This document shows, piece by piece, positions 1 to 9,519 of a stretch of DNA of 64,000 nt (position 1 is its first letter; every line of letters starts with the position of its first letter). The DNA is from Acidobacteriota bacterium (lineage in GTDB: Bacteria > Acidobacteriota > Terriglobia > Bryobacterales > Bryobacteraceae). Both the position numbers and the translations under genes were made by a program. The notes beneath the pieces are model-generated. The model saw only the letters and a program-made list of their open reading frames with translations, was not told the origin of the DNA and made no database searches. The stretch covers positions 27,967 through 91,966 of the forward strand of contig JAJYLS010000001.1 in assembly GCA_021787555.1 (NCBI GenBank), in the 5' to 3' direction.

Positions 1-169
1 TGAGGATGCCCGGCGTGCCGTCGGTGGAACCGCCGTCGACGACGATGTACTCGATGCGGGGGTAGTCCTGAGAAAGGACGCTCTCGATGGTCTGCTCCAG
101 GTACGCTGCCATGTTGAGGGAGGGCGTGACGATACTGACCAGGGGAAGATCTGCGTTGGACACCGGCAT
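1..169 (-). CDS. Glycosyltransferase family 2, N-terminal fragment (gene runs off the left edge)
   Basis: My own reverse-strand translation from the ATG at 169-167 gives [56 protein letters not shown]. This is a typical GT-A/GT2 N-terminus (beta-strand + P..N, then DGGSxD). It is absent from the ORF track because it is truncated. Confidence 0.7.
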   Translation of the reverse strand, partial: MPVSNADLPLVSIVTPSLNMAAYLEQTIESVLSQDYPRIEYIVVDGGSTDGTPGIL

Positions 170-250
170 GGCGATTATAGCTCCTATCATTCGCGGGACT
201 ACGGCGGAGGGGCCCTGTGATATGCTGGCACTCTTCCATGAGCAGGGGTC

Positions 251-302
251 TGTTACTGAGTAACAACGCAAACTGGCCGCTTGCGGCCAGTGCGTTGTTA
301 CT
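251..302. promoter_or_regulatory. Long imperfect inverted repeat / hairpin in the divergent leader region
   Basis: AGTAACAACGCA-aa-CTGGCCGC (259-280), loop tt, GCGGCCAG-TGCGTTGTTACT (283-302). This gives 12 + 7-8 bp of perfect pairing with a 2-nt bulge. An extra upstream TGTTACT (251-257) can pair alternatively with AGTAACA (259-265). It lies between the divergent GT2 start (169) and the likely ATG at 352. Confidence 0.5.
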
Positions 303-351
303 GGGTCCGCAAGGGGCAAGCTGCGGCGTGCGTGCCTGGCAGGATTCGATC

Positions 352-3300
352 ATGCTGGAGACCTATGCGGAGGGCCCGCCGGAGATTACGCCGGTATTGG
401 AGGCGTTCAGCCGCGATACATGGTGGTACCCGTACGCCAGCCGGACCAACCTGCTGAGCCAGCGCGCCCCTGTTTCCTGGCGCCGGCTCAACCTGGAAAA
501 CGAATATCTGGCGTGCAGTTTTCTGCCGGACTTGGGAGGGCGGCTGTATTCGTGCACGGACAAACTGAACAACCGGCCCATGTTTTACACGAACCCATCG
601 ATAAAAAAAGCGCCGATCGCGATTCGGGGCGCCCGGGTGGCAGCGGGGATCGAGCCGAATTTTCCGGTAGCGCACAGCCGGGACACGGTTTCGCCGGTGA
701 ATTCCGGGATCGAGCAGGGGAAAGATTACGGTGCGGTGTGGCTGGAGAACCGGGACCGCGTTACGGGCATGCGGTGGCGGGTGGAATTTGTTCTGCGGGA
801 CGGCAGCGCGGTGCTGGAGGAGCGGGTGAATCTGTCGAACCCGACAGCGGTGCGGGCGCCGTACTTTTGGTGGAATAATGCGGAAATTCCGCTGGAGCCA
901 GCGACGCGGTTCGTGGTTCCCACGCACCTGATGGCGACGCACGGGATAACCGAGATCGACACGTGGCCGGCGAGCCGGGCGCACGGAGACCAGAGCATCG
1001 TGGCGAAGCTCAAGAGCGGCACGGCACTGTTCGCGCACGGATCTCACGAGCCGTTCATGGCGGTTTACGACGCGGGGGCGCGGACGGCCACGGTACATTT
1101 TGCCGATGCGGCGCAGGTGCCAGGCAAGAAAATATGGGCGTGGGGAACGGAGGCGGACAGCCAGATCCGGCAGATGTTGAGCGACGACAACGGGCAGTAT
1201 GTGGAAATGCAGGCCGGGTTATTCGAGAACCAGGAGACGTACGAGTTTTTGGGACCGCAGGAGCGGCGGAGCTTCACCGAATACTGGATGGCGGCGCGCG
1301 AGTTGGGCGGAGTTTCGCGGGTGACGCGGGACGCGATTTTGAACCTGGAGCGGAAACGCGTGGACGGGGCTCCCGTGCTGGTGGTGGAGCTGGATGTGAC
1401 GCATGCGATCCATGGGGCGCGGGTGCGGATCTGGGATGGTACGACGGCGGTATTGGACGAGACGGCCGATCTGGAGCCGCGGAGCACGTTTTCGCGGCAG
1501 GTGAAGAGTCCGGCGGCCGGGGCAGCCTACCGATTCGAATTGGCGGATCAAGGCGGGCAGGTCCTGCTGGCGCACACGGAAGGCGGCTACGACGCGATGA
1601 AGCCCTCGGAAGTGAGGCTCGGAAAGCAGGAGCAAAAGGACTGGGGGGACGTTTCGAGCGAGGCGGATTACCTGGCGCGCGGGAATTTCAACGAGCTGAA
1701 CAGCCACTTCCTGTTTGCGCGAGGCGATTATCGCGACGGCATGGAGAAATTCCCGGCGAGCGCGGGGTTGAAAAAAGCCGCTGGGCGGCTGGCGGCGATG
1801 CAGGACAGATTTGCGGAGGGCGAGCACCTGCTGACGGAGGCGGCGGCGGGGTTGCCGGAGGACGCGGAGGCGCGGTATTACCTGGGAGTCGCCGAGGCCG
1901 GTTTGGGGAAAGAAGCGGAGGCGCGAAAGAATTGGGCGCGGGTGGAGGGAGACCATGAATTCGGGCCGGCGGCGCTGGTGGAAGAGGCGGAATCGGAGGC
2001 GCGCAACGGGCAGTTGGGGGAGGCCCTGGCGCCGATCCGGAAGGCACTGGAGAAACGCGGAGGGTTGGTGCGCGCGGGCGGGATAGAGGTGGCGCTGCTG
2101 CGGAGGCTGGGGAAGGCGGACGAGGCGCGCGCGCGGGCGGCGGCATGGCGGGCGGTCGATCCCGTGGATCCGTTCCTGCAAGTGGAAGAAAACCGGCTGG
2201 GTGGGAAGGATGAGACAGTATGGGCGTGGCTGGGGGCGGATGCCGAGCGCGTGCTGGACGTGGCGGATGAATATCTCGATCTGGGAATGTATCGGGAAGC
2301 GATCGAGCTTCTGGAGCGGAGTTACCCGAAGCCGGCGGAGAACCAGGCCGATGCGGGCGCGGAACGGCCGGAGGAGAATCCACTGGTGGCATACTATCGC
2401 GGCTACTGCCGGCGCAAGCTGGGGGAGAGCGCGGCGGAGGATTTCCGGAAGGCGTCATCGATGCGGCTGGAGTACGTTTTCCCGAACCGGGCGAGCTCGT
2501 TTGCGGTGCTGAGGGCAGCGCTGGAAGCGAACCCGGGCGATGCTTCGGCGCACTGGCTGCTGGGGCTGCTCGACATAAATGCGGGGATGGCGGACGAGGC
2601 GATCGGGGAATGGCAGAAGGCCTGGGCGGCCCGGAAGGATATTCCGGCGCTCACAGCGGTGCTGGGCGAAGCGCTGCTGAAGATCAAGAAAGACGACAGC
2701 GCCGCGGTGGTGGTGCTCAAGGGCGGGCTGGACGCGGAACCGGATAACCCGGGATTGCTGAACGCCCTGGACGCGGCGATTGCCCGCGCGGGGACGGGCG
2801 CGCTGACGCGGAGCGAGATAGCGCAAATCGCGCTGCTGTGGGTGGCCGCGGGGGACGTGGGGAAGGGCCAGGGGTTGTTCAACGGGAAGAACTTTCCGGA
2901 AGAAAAGCAGCCGAACGACGTGCGGCAGGCTTACATCGAGGTGCAGATGCAAGGGCTGCGCTCGCTGGCGGTGGCGCATCGCTGCGACGCGGTGATCAAG
3001 GGTTTGGATGCGATCGGCGATGTGGAAGATAAGAACCTGGCTTTCACGCTGCACAGCTTCGACGGGCTGATGAAGGGGCCGCGGTTCCAGTACTATCTGG
3101 GCGACCTGGAATATGCCTGCGGGGACGATAAAGCGGCGCATAAACGCTGGAGCAAGGTAGCGAAAGCCGAGGCTGATCCGGAGACGGCGGATTTCGCGTT
3201 TCCGGCGCTGGCGGCGGGGCGATTGGAGCAACCGGCGCGGCAGATGCTGGAGACGGACGCGGCGGCGGTGGCGCGGTTGCTGGCGGCGTCGCCGGCGGAA

Positions 3301-3477
3301 TCCAGGGGAATTTTGCTATACACCCAGGGGCTGCTGCTCTACACCCTGGGTCAGCAGGATAAAGCCAGGGCGGCGTTTCAGGAAGGTGCGAAGGCGCCGA
3401 ATGCCAACATGTCGCGGTATTTGAGCTTGCTGGCGCTATGGGAGGCGAGGCGGAGCGAGCCCGCGGCGGGGAAATAA
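352..3477 (+). CDS. Large DUF5107-like N-terminal domain protein with C-terminal TPR-like repeats
   Basis: ORF 217..3477. The N-terminal region (LETYAEGPPEITP...WWYPY...LENEYL...LPDLGGRLYS...NPSIK) matches my memory of DUF5107. The C-terminal two thirds is Ala/Leu/Glu-rich with repeated A..Y.LG......G...EA helix-pair units (TPR-like). I chose the ATG at 352; starts at 217 (GTG) or 238 are possible but would place the hairpin inside the coding sequence. Confidence 0.7.
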   Translation: MLETYAEGPPEITPVLEAFSRDTWWYPYASRTNLLSQRAPVSWRRLNLENEYLACSFLPDLGGRLYSCTDKLNNRPMFYTNPSIKKAPIAIRGARVAAGIEPNFPVAHSRDTVSPVNSGIEQGKDYGAVWLENRDRVTGMRWRVEFVLRDGSAVLEERVNLSNPTAVRAPYFWWNNAEIPLEPATRFVVPTHLMATHGITEIDTWPASRAHGDQSIVAKLKSGTALFAHGSHEPFMAVYDAGARTATVHFADAAQVPGKKIWAWGTEADSQIRQMLSDDNGQYVEMQAGLFENQETYEFLGPQERRSFTEYWMAARELGGVSRVTRDAILNLERKRVDGAPVLVVELDVTHAIHGARVRIWDGTTAVLDETADLEPRSTFSRQVKSPAAGAAYRFELADQGGQVLLAHTEGGYDAMKPSEVRLGKQEQKDWGDVSSEADYLARGNFNELNSHFLFARGDYRDGMEKFPASAGLKKAAGRLAAMQDRFAEGEHLLTEAAAGLPEDAEARYYLGVAEAGLGKEAEARKNWARVEGDHEFGPAALVEEAESEARNGQLGEALAPIRKALEKRGGLVRAGGIEVALLRRLGKADEARARAAAWRAVDPVDPFLQVEENRLGGKDETVWAWLGADAERVLDVADEYLDLGMYREAIELLERSYPKPAENQADAGAERPEENPLVAYYRGYCRRKLGESAAEDFRKASSMRLEYVFPNRASSFAVLRAALEANPGDASAHWLLGLLDINAGMADEAIGEWQKAWAARKDIPALTAVLGEALLKIKKDDSAAVVVLKGGLDAEPDNPGLLNALDAAIARAGTGALTRSEIAQIALLWVAAGDVGKGQGLFNGKNFPEEKQPNDVRQAYIEVQMQGLRSLAVAHRCDAVIKGLDAIGDVEDKNLAFTLHSFDGLMKGPRFQYYLGDLEYACGDDKAAHKRWSKVAKAEADPETADFAFPALAAGRLEQPARQMLETDAAAVARLLAASPAESRGILLYTQGLLLYTLGQQDKARAAFQEGAKAPNANMSRYLSLLALWEARRSEPAAGK

Positions 3478-3628
3478 ATCTGCCCCTCTAGTACTAGACG
3501 GTTCAGGCCAAGCCTGGCTGCCGAAACCCCTTTTCACCCCAACAAATCCGGTGTGAACTGTTGGTAAACTAACTTTCCAAGCTCCTTTCGGGGCGAAAAT
3601 CTCGCAGGCGGTTCGGGGGTAGCGGCAC

Positions 3629-4984
3629 ATGAATCTATCGATCATCGGATTGGGAAAATTGGGCGCGCCCATGGCGGCCGTGATGGCGCACAAGGGGCAT
3701 AAGGTGGTCGGCGTGGACGTGAACCCCGCCTATGTGACCGCCGTGCAGCAGGGGCAGGCGCCGGTAGACGAGCCTGGCCTCGCGGAAATGATGCGCGCCA
3801 ACCGCAAGCGGCTTTCCGCAACCATGGATTACGATCAGGCCATCCTGGCGAGCGATGCCACTTTCATCATCGTGCCCACTCCCTCGGATCCGGATGGCAC
3901 CTTCTCGCTGCGCTACGTTCTGGCGGCCGCCGGGAAGATCGGCGCCGCCCTTCGCAAGAAAGACGGATGGCATCTGGTGGTCCTTTCGAGCACCGTCATG
4001 CCGGGATCCGTGGAGCAGAGCGTGCTGCCGGCTCTCGAGGTGTACTCCGGGAAAAAGTGCGGCGAGGAGTTCGGGCTGTGCTATAACCCCGAATTCATCG
4101 CCCTCGGCAGCGTCATCCACGACATGTTGAATCCCGACATGGTCCTGATCGGCGAATCCGACCGGCGCTCGGGCGAGATTCTGGCGAAGCTCTATGCCGG
4201 CGTCTGCGAGAGCAAGCCGCGCATCCAGCGGATGAATTTCGTTAACGCCGAGCTGACCAAGCTCTCCGTGAACACCTACGTCACCACAAAGATTTCCTAC
4301 GCGAATATGCTGGCGCAGGTTTGCGAGACCCTCCCCGGCGCGGATGTGGATGCGGTCACAGCGGCGCTGGGCTGCGACAGCCGCATCGGCCCGAAATATC
4401 TCAAAGGCGCGCTGGGCTACGGCGGCCCGTGTTTCCCGCGCGATTCTGTTGCGTTCTCCGCGCTGGCCAGAATGAATGGTGTGCCGGCGTTGCTGGCGGA
4501 AGCCACCGATGCCCTGAATCGCCGGCAGGTGCCGCGGCTTGTCGAAATGATCTTTGCGCACCTGCCGGAAGGGGGCACCGCCGGGGTGTTGGGTCTTTCC
4601 TACAAGCCCGGTACGCCGGTGATCGAGGAATCGCAGGGCCTGGATTTGGCCAAGGCGCTGCTGGCGAAGGGAGTCTCCGTCGTGGTGTACGATCCCGCGG
4701 CCATGGAGAATGCCAGGGACCGCCTGAAAGGTCATGTGACCTTTGCCCCAAGCGCCGCCGCCAGCGCCACCGGCGCGGACGTCCTGGCGATCACCACGCC
4801 CTGGGCGGAATTTCGCGGCCTGAAGCCGTCCGATTTGAAACCGGGATCGGCCGTGCTGGATTGCTGGCGGCTTTTTGCGGACCACTCCCTGGGTTGCGGG
4901 GTGCGGCTGCTGCATCTCGGTATCGGTGGAGCGGTTCGGGAAACAGACCCAACCGAAGCCGTATCGGCGGTCGAGGGAGATTAG
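3629..4984 (+). CDS. Nucleotide-sugar (UDP-glucose/GDP-mannose family) 6-dehydrogenase
   Basis: N-terminal Rossmann motif IIGLGKLGAPMA, then NPEF, and the catalytic-Cys motif GYGGPCFPRD. 451 aa, collinear with the family. Confidence 0.9.
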   Translation: MNLSIIGLGKLGAPMAAVMAHKGHKVVGVDVNPAYVTAVQQGQAPVDEPGLAEMMRANRKRLSATMDYDQAILASDATFIIVPTPSDPDGTFSLRYVLAAAGKIGAALRKKDGWHLVVLSSTVMPGSVEQSVLPALEVYSGKKCGEEFGLCYNPEFIALGSVIHDMLNPDMVLIGESDRRSGEILAKLYAGVCESKPRIQRMNFVNAELTKLSVNTYVTTKISYANMLAQVCETLPGADVDAVTAALGCDSRIGPKYLKGALGYGGPCFPRDSVAFSALARMNGVPALLAEATDALNRRQVPRLVEMIFAHLPEGGTAGVLGLSYKPGTPVIEESQGLDLAKALLAKGVSVVVYDPAAMENARDRLKGHVTFAPSAAASATGADVLAITTPWAEFRGLKPSDLKPGSAVLDCWRLFADHSLGCGVRLLHLGIGGAVRETDPTEAVSAVEGD

Positions 4985-4985
4985 G

Positions 4986-6620
4986 GTGAGCGCCGCGGCG
5001 CGGGGTGCCCTCTGGGCCCGGCCCGGATATTTGTCTCTCGCCAGCTTCGGCGCCGCGCTGGTGTTTCTGCTGCTCGAGCCCTACTCGAATTTCGGCCCCA
5101 CGGGCTATCTCGATCCCTGGTTCTACACCGGGTATTTCACGCACTTCTCCTACTTACTCCGGCACGACGGCGTAACTTACTACGTCTCACGCCTCCCCTG
5201 GATTCTCCCCGGCTGGCTCGTCTTTCGCCTTGCTCCACCCGCCGCGGCAACAGTCCTGCTGAACGCGCTGATCGTGGCCGCGGCCGTGACGGCGCTGTTC
5301 CTGATCGTGCAGCGGCGCTATGACACCTGGGCGGCCGCGCTGGCGTGTGTCGCGCTCGCGACGAATCCTTATTTCGTCTCCGCGGTTTCCTGGGACTACC
5401 CGGATGGCCCTGCGATCGCATACGCCCTCTGCGCCCTTGCCTGCTTTTTGCGCCCTTCTTCCGGACGCATTCCGAACGCGGTTTGGGGCGGGGTGTTTCT
5501 GGCGCTCTCCGGCTATACGAACCTCGCGGGGCTGCCGGTGCTGCTCGGCATTGCGGCGATTCCCATTTGGCGCTACAAGGACGCCGTGCGGGAACTTACA
5601 CGGCAAGCCGCGCTGGCGATTGCCGGCGGCGCGGGCGCAACGGCCGTTTTGGCGATCGTCAGCAAGCTCTCTCTCGGTACGTATCTATTTTTCATGCCGC
5701 AGATAAGTCAGATCATTTATACGCGTACGCATCCTCACTACCTCAGCGATATGTGGGGCACCGGGAACGCCTGGATTCCCGGCGCGTATCGCCTGGGCGC
5801 ACCGCTGTTTCTGCTGGCCGTGGGAGCGGTGGCCGTTGTCCGCGGCCGCAAGGAAAGCGCGCTCATCGAAAGCTACGTCTGCCTGGCGGTTTCATCCGTT
5901 CTTTTTATTTTCTTCGAATTCGGCCTGCACAACACCGGGTTGAGAGTTGCATATCAGAGCAGCTATATCGTCGCTCCGATGTTCGCCTTTGCCGGGTTGC
6001 TTTTGGGCGAATACGCCCCGCGCTCGCCAGCGGGGCGCGTCGCGTTGTTGCTCTTGGGCCTGGCTTTGCCGTTCGTCTGGTTGCAATGGCCGTTGACTCC
6101 GAAGCCGGAAATGTTCTGGCCGGCGATGGCGCTGCTGGCTTTATGCGCCGCGGCTCTTTGGAAGCGCCCTGCTGCCTGTGGCCTCATCTTCATCGCGCTC
6201 TTCTGCGGGCCGGCATTCGACCCCAGCCTGAGCTACATCTGGAAACACCTGAACGCTTGCGCGTTCCAAACCATGATGCAGATGGAATCCGCAATCGACG
6301 CCCGGCTCGCGCCCGCGCGCTCTGTGCGCTTCTGGTTCGAGCCTCACCGGCCGGCCTCGAACCTGTTCGACTCCGTCAGCTCGCTGTACCTCTGGCCGCA
6401 TGTCGATGCCGACCTTGGAGTGCTGGCGGAGTCCGCCACCACGCTGGTGCATCTCAGCCTGAATCCGGACAGAAGCGCCGAGCACGACAAACTCCTCGCC
6501 GCCCGCGGCCTTCGTGTAGAAAATGAGCGCCGCTCGACCGTGTCTTCCAGCCTCGGCACAGTCTACGTCGTTTTGCAGGACGTGGCGGCTACGCCCGCCG
6601 CACCAGATCGAACCAGATGA
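4986..6620 (+). CDS. Polytopic integral membrane protein, possible GT-C-type glycosyltransferase
   Basis: Frame of ORF 4875..6620. I place the start at the GTG at 4986, directly after the upstream stop at 4984. There are more than 10 hydrophobic segments (LVFLLLEPY..., WILPGWLVFRL..., LFLIVQRRYD...) followed by a soluble C-terminal domain. No diagnostic motif was recognised. Confidence 0.6.
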   Translation: MSAAARGALWARPGYLSLASFGAALVFLLLEPYSNFGPTGYLDPWFYTGYFTHFSYLLRHDGVTYYVSRLPWILPGWLVFRLAPPAAATVLLNALIVAAAVTALFLIVQRRYDTWAAALACVALATNPYFVSAVSWDYPDGPAIAYALCALACFLRPSSGRIPNAVWGGVFLALSGYTNLAGLPVLLGIAAIPIWRYKDAVRELTRQAALAIAGGAGATAVLAIVSKLSLGTYLFFMPQISQIIYTRTHPHYLSDMWGTGNAWIPGAYRLGAPLFLLAVGAVAVVRGRKESALIESYVCLAVSSVLFIFFEFGLHNTGLRVAYQSSYIVAPMFAFAGLLLGEYAPRSPAGRVALLLLGLALPFVWLQWPLTPKPEMFWPAMALLALCAAALWKRPAACGLIFIALFCGPAFDPSLSYIWKHLNACAFQTMMQMESAIDARLAPARSVRFWFEPHRPASNLFDSVSSLYLWPHVDADLGVLAESATTLVHLSLNPDRSAEHDKLLAARGLRVENERRSTVSSSLGTVYVVLQDVAATPAAPDRTR

Positions 6621-7797
6621 AGTCGTTACCGTGGAAGTTGAAGCTCAGCACGGCGTCGAATTCCGCCGGACGCAGACGCTCGCGCAGGCGCGCCAGGTCG
6701 TACCATTCGGCCCAGGGAGTGGCCGCGCCGTCGGTGTGCTTGCCCCACCGGTCGAATGCGAGCCGGCCTTCCCGCTCCCAGCGCTCGCGCGGATAGGCCA
6801 ATTCAATCCAGCGCCCGCGGGCGCGAAGATGCTCCAGGAGCTTCCGGGCTTCGCCGCGAACGAACTCGAAGGGGGCGTGGATCATGGATCCCTGACACCA
6901 GATGACATCGAAATCCATGGGCAGGCGGTCGATCGAGCGCAAATCTTCCAGGTAGACGAAATCGGCGTTTTCGATGTGAAGGATCCGGCAAAGTCTCCGG
7001 AGCACATCCAGATTGGTGGGTGCGATGTCCAGAAACGTCATGCGAGCGCCGGCACGCGCGAAGGAGATGCCATCCAATCCGAAGCCCGAGCCGACGTCCA
7101 ACACCTTTCTGCCGCGCAGCACGTCCGCATATAGTTCGTGATACCAGCCGCGGGCGGCGTAGCCCGAGCCGGTGGTCGATTCGCGGTGGCTTTCGTCCCA
7201 CAGCGCCGCCAGTTTTTCATCGTCGAGCTTCAGGAGGTCCGCGGTTTTGCGCCTTCCGGTGAGTCCGGCGGGGACTTCGCACCATTTTTCGCGCAAGACC
7301 GCGAATAGAGCCGCGCCGGAGCTGTCGGCGGAGGTCAGCGCCGAAATGTCGGGCGTGGCAGCCGGGGGGAGGTTCTCGGCTTCGAGCCCGAAAATCGCGC
7401 AGCGCGAGGGCACGCCGCCCTGGGCATTGTTGCGAATCACGACCCAGCCGGAGTCCGGTGCGCCATCGACCACAATTTCAACCGTCGTGTCGCCATCCAC
7501 GGGCGAGCGCTCTTCGTCATTCCCCAGAATCTCGGTCAAATCGTCCTTGACAAACGCAACGCCGATGCGGCCTTCGTCGACCCGCGCCTTCACCCGCACC
7601 AGGATGCGGCCGGCGCTTCCTTTTTTCGCGCCGCGGTACCGAAATGCCGCGGCGTACGACCATTGCGCCGCATCGGTGGTGATCTCCAGCGGCCCCGCTC
7701 CGGAGATCGCGGCGCCGTTGTGCGCCGTGTAATTTCTAAGATCGAGAGCCGCTCCAGCGCTTGCCACCGGCGCTTTCTTAGTGAAGGGTAATTTCAT
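6589..7797 (-). CDS. Class I SAM-dependent methyltransferase with an N-terminal extra domain
   Basis: SAM-binding motif I VLDVGSGFGLDGISFA followed by the acidic residue in TFLDIA. 402 aa. Its 3' end overlaps the convergent gene by 32 nt. Confidence 0.8.
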   Translation of the reverse strand: MKLPFTKKAPVASAGAALDLRNYTAHNGAAISGAGPLEITTDAAQWSYAAAFRYRGAKKGSAGRILVRVKARVDEGRIGVAFVKDDLTEILGNDEERSPVDGDTTVEIVVDGAPDSGWVVIRNNAQGGVPSRCAIFGLEAENLPPAATPDISALTSADSSGAALFAVLREKWCEVPAGLTGRRKTADLLKLDDEKLAALWDESHRESTTGSGYAARGWYHELYADVLRGRKVLDVGSGFGLDGISFARAGARMTFLDIAPTNLDVLRRLCRILHIENADFVYLEDLRSIDRLPMDFDVIWCQGSMIHAPFEFVRGEARKLLEHLRARGRWIELAYPRERWEREGRLAFDRWGKHTDGAATPWAEWYDLARLRERLRPAEFDAVLSFNFHGNDFIWFDLVRRA

Positions 7798-7845
7798 TGC
7801 AGTGGGAACAGCGGCATTATAGCAACCGGTTAAAATTATGGTGCG

Positions 7846-9519
7846 ATGCCGGAGACTCCCTATCTATCTATTGTCGTCACGACACGCAATGACGATCATG
7901 GCGGAAGCCTGCTCCGGCGGACCCAGACCTTCCTCAACGCCTTGGTCGGGCAGATTCAGCGGCACGCGGTGTCCTGCGAGCTGATCGTCGTGGAATGGAA
8001 CCCGCCGCAGGACCGGCCGCGGCTGCGCGAGGCGCTCCGCTGGCCTGCCGGTATGCCGCCGGACCGGGTGCGCATCATCGAGGTGCCGTGCGCGATCCAC
8101 TCGCGTTACCGGAACGCGGAAGAGTTGCCGCTCTATCAGATGATTGCCAAGAATGCCGGGGTGCGCAGGGCGCGCGGGGAGTTCATCCTGGCCACCAATA
8201 TCGATATTCTTTTCTCGGACGAGCTGATGGCCTTCCTCGCCGCCCGGCAGCTTGAACCCGATTGCCTCTACCGCATCGACCGCCATGACGTAATGACGGA
8301 CGTTCCCATGGATGCGCCCGTGGAAGAGCAACTGGCATATTGCAAGACGCATTTGGTTCGGATCAATTCCCGTGCCGGATCGTTTCCAGTTACCTCCGAA
8401 GGTCTTCCGGCCCGGGCACCGGCGGATATAGCGGATTCCGGCGCAGACATCGCCTTCGGCGAGGGATGGTTCCCGCCGGAATTCGATGGCGCCCGGCCCT
8501 TCCGCTGGGTGGCCAACGATGCGGAGATGGCGATCTCGGTTCCGACAGGGGGACTGCGGACGTTGCTTTTCGAAATCGCCCCCGGTCCGAGCATGGATTC
8601 CAGGACATTCGGCCTGGAGTTTGTGGACGCCGGGGGGCGGATGCTTGCGCAGGCCCAGATTGAGGGCCGGTCGAAGGTTGCGCTTCAACTGCCGCCCGGC
8701 GGCGACCGGTTCCGGTTCCGTCTGCACACGCCGCAGGGCGGCCGGCCGCTGCGGCGCGATCCGCGCATTTTGAATTTCCGCGTGCTGCGCTGCGAATGGC
8801 AGCAGGCCGCTGCTATGCACCTGCCGGCCGGCCCAACCGCCGCGGAGCAGGAGTACTTATCCGGGTTTCGAAGCGATTCCCATCCAATAGGAAGGTTCCA
8901 CCGGGTTTCCGGATTCGCCGGCAAGATCGCCGGCATTCTGCGCAGAGCCGCGGAGGACGGGCCGGTGGTCACCGTTTGGGTGCCGGTCCCCCGCGCCGCC
9001 CGGAGCTTCCTGCGGTTCTGTTTTCGGCTGCCCCCGGAAAACAACCGCGCCGGGGATTTGGCCGAGGGGGTACAGGGAGCCCCTGCCGCACCTCCCGGAT
9101 CCGCGGATCTTGGACCGGTCTATCTCCACACCAACGGCTGTGGCGATTTCACCCTGATGCACCGAAGCCAATGGTTCGCCCTGCGCGGTTATGCCGAGTG
9201 GGACCTTTACTCGTTCCACATCGATTCCGTGCTTTGCTACGCCGCGTACCATGGCGGCCTGCGGGAGGTGGTGCTGCCGGAGCCCATGCGGATCTATCAC
9301 ATCGAGCACGGCCGCGGTTCGGGCTGGTCTCCGGAAGGGGAGCGGCAGTTGTTCGAGAGACTCCGCCGCAAGGGCGTCGCGTGGCTCGACTACGACGAAG
9401 TGATCACCTGGGCCGTGCAGATGCGGCGGCTCGGCTGCCCCATGATTTTCAACCTGGAAAACTGGGGGCTGGGCGAATTCGACCTGCCGGAGAGCGGCGC
9501 GCCCGCGAGCGCCTTGTGA
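7846..9519 (+). CDS. GT2-like glycosyltransferase-family protein (tandem paralogue 1)
   Basis: N-terminus YLSIVVTTRNDDHGGSLLRRTQTFLNAL...ELIVVEWNPP...ILATNIDILFS (GT-A-like). The conserved C-terminal block is GDFTLMHRSQWFALRGY...YHIEHGRGSGWSPEG. Confidence 0.75.
   Translation: MPETPYLSIVVTTRNDDHGGSLLRRTQTFLNALVGQIQRHAVSCELIVVEWNPPQDRPRLREALRWPAGMPPDRVRIIEVPCAIHSRYRNAEELPLYQMIAKNAGVRRARGEFILATNIDILFSDELMAFLAARQLEPDCLYRIDRHDVMTDVPMDAPVEEQLAYCKTHLVRINSRAGSFPVTSEGLPARAPADIADSGADIAFGEGWFPPEFDGARPFRWVANDAEMAISVPTGGLRTLLFEIAPGPSMDSRTFGLEFVDAGGRMLAQAQIEGRSKVALQLPPGGDRFRFRLHTPQGGRPLRRDPRILNFRVLRCEWQQAAAMHLPAGPTAAEQEYLSGFRSDSHPIGRFHRVSGFAGKIAGILRRAAEDGPVVTVWVPVPRAARSFLRFCFRLPPENNRAGDLAEGVQGAPAAPPGSADLGPVYLHTNGCGDFTLMHRSQWFALRGYAEWDLYSFHIDSVLCYAAYHGGLREVVLPEPMRIYHIEHGRGSGWSPEGERQLFERLRRKGVAWLDYDEVITWAVQMRRLGCPMIFNLENWGLGEFDLPESGAPASAL

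Noticed and set aside
217-351. Upstream extension of the DUF5107/TPR gene, including a possible signal or lipoprotein-like sequence ([10 protein letters not shown]...[10 protein letters not shown])
   Set aside because: GASC is not a canonical lipobox. The segment is largely encoded by a 44-nt palindrome, which fits a regulatory hairpin better than a coding sequence. The family-like sequence starts at the ATG at 352.
3635-4915. 426-aa minus-strand ORF antisense to the sugar dehydrogenase gene
   Set aside because: Its composition is Arg/Gly/His/Ala/Pro-rich and it has no motifs. It is exactly antisense to a gene with clear family signatures (GLGKLG, GGPCFPRD). This is a typical high-GC shadow ORF.
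8796-9518. 241-aa N-terminal extension of the second GT2-like paralogue in the ORF track
   Set aside because: It overlaps the first paralogue out of frame and is Arg/Gly/Pro-rich. Homology between the paralogues begins exactly at the ATG at 9519.
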